DNA from: Gammaproteobacteria bacterium
GTDB taxonomy: Bacteria; Pseudomonadota; Gammaproteobacteria; Steroidobacterales; JBFFHS01
DNA: 64,000 nt
Direction of reading: 5' to 3'
NCBI GenBank assembly: GCA_041556855.1
Contig: JBFFHS010000002.1
Location: 26,056-90,055 of the forward strand
A model generated the notes under the pieces. The model was not told the DNA's origin and ran no database searches. It saw only the letters and a program-made list of their open reading frames with translations. Positions within the stretch are counted from its first letter, which is position 1. Every line of letters begins with the position of its first letter. The translations under genes and the position numbers were made by a program. Shown here piece after piece: positions 63,805 through 64,000 of the stretch.

Positions 63805-64000
63805 TCAGGCGACGCAGGCACTCTGCACGACGTCGGCCAGCCGATCAGCCAGTTGGCCAACCTGCTGGGGATTATCACCCTCCACCATGACCCGAATGAC
63901 TGGCTCGGTGCCCGAGGCGCGCAACACCACCCGGCCGCGCTCGCCGAGCTCCGCCTCAGCCTCGGCTACCGCAGCGCTGATCTGTGGTTGCGTGCCAGGA
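63805..64000 (-). CDS. glmM: Phosphoglucosamine mutase, C-terminal end (5' part outside the window)
   Basis: My own translation ends ...[58 protein letters not shown] is the GlmM C-terminal signature. Confidence 0.85.
   Translation of the reverse strand, partial: PGTQPQISAAVAEAEAELGERGRVVLRASGTEPVIRVMVEGDNPQQVGQLADRLADVVQSACVA

Noticed and set aside
1-64000. Search by eye for CRISPR arrays, rRNA genes, IS elements or intact integrases
   Set aside because: I found no regularly spaced direct repeats, no rRNA-like sequence, and no ORF with transposase or integrase motifs. The only mobile-element trace is the recombinase stump at 46938-47157.

Overview
High-GC bacterial chromosomal window, almost entirely coding. 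All functional calls come from reading motifs by eye; no searches were run.

- **47.9-64 kb (minus strand), core housekeeping:** glmM (partial), tpiA, secG, tRNA-Leu(GAG) and nuoABCDEFGHIJKLMN as 14 separate genes. This block is convergent with a Tat-signal HiPIP gene. The synteny plus HiPIP suggests a gammaproteobacterium of the Chromatiales/Ectothiorhodospiraceae kind; this is inference only.
- **0-8 kb, miscellaneous genes:** M24 peptidase (partial), MFS transporter, TlpA-like thioredoxin, SDR, a flavoprotein oxidoreductase and a SARP/BTAD-TPR regulator.
- **8.1-21.5 kb, one long minus-strand Tad/Flp pilus operon:** flp, cpaA, an unexpected wHTH-AAA+ gene, cpaB, cpaC, a lipoprotein, tadG, two tadE-like genes, tadZ, cpaF, tadB, tadC, tadD and a trailing secreted ORF. 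A REC-AraC regulator is transcribed divergently.
- **22.7-26.1 kb:** a hypothetical gene and a polytopic membrane protein fused to a spermidine-synthase-like domain. A ~0.7 kb stretch with broken reading frames follows.
- **26.8-32.9 kb:** an ABC importer with a tandem-duplicated binding protein and a C-terminally extended ATPase, plus an outer-membrane beta-barrel candidate.
- **33.8-46.7 kb, the most unusual part:** an NdvB-like GH17-GT2 glucan synthase with an FkbM methyltransferase and a CDP-alcohol phosphatidyltransferase/sulfatase-like transferase pair. Next to it is a tightly packed set of genes that I cannot assign to any known pathway: MDR dehydrogenase, PTPS-like, GT4, methyltransferase, RibD_C reductase, GTP cyclohydrolase II, creatininase-family and YceI.
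- **47.16 kb:** a serine-recombinase C-terminal remnant abuts an initiator-type tRNA-Met.

No rRNA, CRISPR array, intact transposase or intact integrase was seen.
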